NCBI GenBank assembly: GCA_002269645.1
Contig: NIVC01001519.1
Coordinates: forward strand, 210,999 to 274,998
Direction: 5' to 3'
Length of the DNA stretch: 64,000 nt
Origin: Macrostomum lignano
Lineage: Eukaryota
Shown here: in pieces, positions 63,050-64,000 of the stretch
Numbering within the stretch: the first letter of the stretch is position 1
Layout: every line of letters begins with the position of its first letter
The notes under the pieces: model-generated
Told to the model about the DNA's origin: nothing
The model's input: the letters and a program-made list of their open reading frames with translations, nothing else
Databases searched by the model: none
Program-made: the position numbers and the translations under genes

Positions 63050-63853
63050 ACTTGTATTTACCAGACCAATCAAACAAGACGGTGCTGAAAATCCTGGCTC
63101 GGATAATGGGATGTTTTTCTTCGTTGGATTACCGGGACCCATAATCCGCCGCTGTCAGCGTCCAGCAGCGGCAGCGGCCAGCCGCAGTCCGCCCACGCCA
63201 GCTGCCGTTGCCAAGAATCGAGGCGCCCACCCAGATTTGCTGGTTGCTGCCAGTCAGGCCAGTTGACGCCCTCACATCCTGGAGCTCCTCGACGCTGCTC
63301 AGGTCGGCGAGCTTCGTCAGCGGCATGGCGGACCCGTCCGAGTTGGTCAGGAAGCTCCGGCAGCTGACGGCCTGAGCGCTCCAGTCGGCCACCTGCCCGC
63401 TCCCAGCAGCCTTGTACAGCGAGCCCTTGAAGCGGCTGCCGCTGACGCCAGGCACCCAGCGATAGTCGACGGGACAGAGTCGGCCCGCAATCGAGACCCT
63501 CCGACTGCTTGACGAAGACTCGAAGCTCCTGCTGAGGCAGCCGCCGCTCCACGAGCCGGGATCGAGCAGCAGCTGCGAGCTGCAGCGTCGAAGGCGAACA
63601 GCAGGCAGAGCTGCCGGTCTGAGGAGGCGGCAGCAGCTTCCATGGCGAAGGCTCTGCATCTCGGAGCCGCTCCGCAGCGAAGCGCACAGGCCGCGATGTT
63701 CAAAGGTCGAGCAGCTGGTATGAGCTGGGACACGCAGTTCGAGGTGAGGATCGGGTGGAAGGCGACTCGCTGCCTGCAGCAGCTCAAGGGGCGGCTCAGC
63801 AGCAGTAGTAGCAACAGTAACGTGTTTGTGTACTTGCATCTATTTGACGACAT
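63050..63853 (-). pseudogene. Frameshifted inverted paralog of the 51712-52560 lectin-like gene (pseudogene or sequencing indels)
   Basis: Near-identical blocks (RQRVAFHPILTSNCVS; YRWVPGVSGSRFKGSLYKAAGSGQVADWSAQAVSC) are spread over three frames by many 1-bp indels. Confidence 0.75.
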
Positions 63854-64000
63854 TCTTTCTCGTTAGTTAATTAAAAAAATTAACGGAAATTAAATTCTTG
63901 ATAAATATCTCGTATTACGGTTTTTCAAATTTAACGGGTATGAAAAGTGTTAAAACTTTTGTCCATTTCTGAGCTTTAACTTTTTTACTACTTTTACCTG

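Overview
Eukaryotic (metazoan) genomic DNA. GC-rich exons, introns filled with minisatellites and a CORE-type SINE suggest a flatworm such as Macrostomum (inference only). Genes: a minus-strand CHD7/8/9 (kismet-type) remodeler (about 22 kb, running off the window start), then co-oriented plus-strand SAC1, KPTN, SDHAF2 (apparently two Sdh5 domains in one protein), NAXE and a secreted PAN-like/C-type-lectin gene. A frameshifted inverted copy of the lectin gene lies at the far end. Also present: a defective mariner, CORE-SINEs, about 20 tandem arrays and a 6-kb satellite. The most unusual part is an AT-rich, CpG-stripped island (about 22.1-33.2 kb) of nested non-autonomous DNA transposons. Two elements with unrelated termini there carry the same cassette derived from the 28S rDNA helix-69/R2-target region, mutated right at the endonuclease site. 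Exon boundaries were read by hand from splice signals and phase; no alignments or database searches were run.
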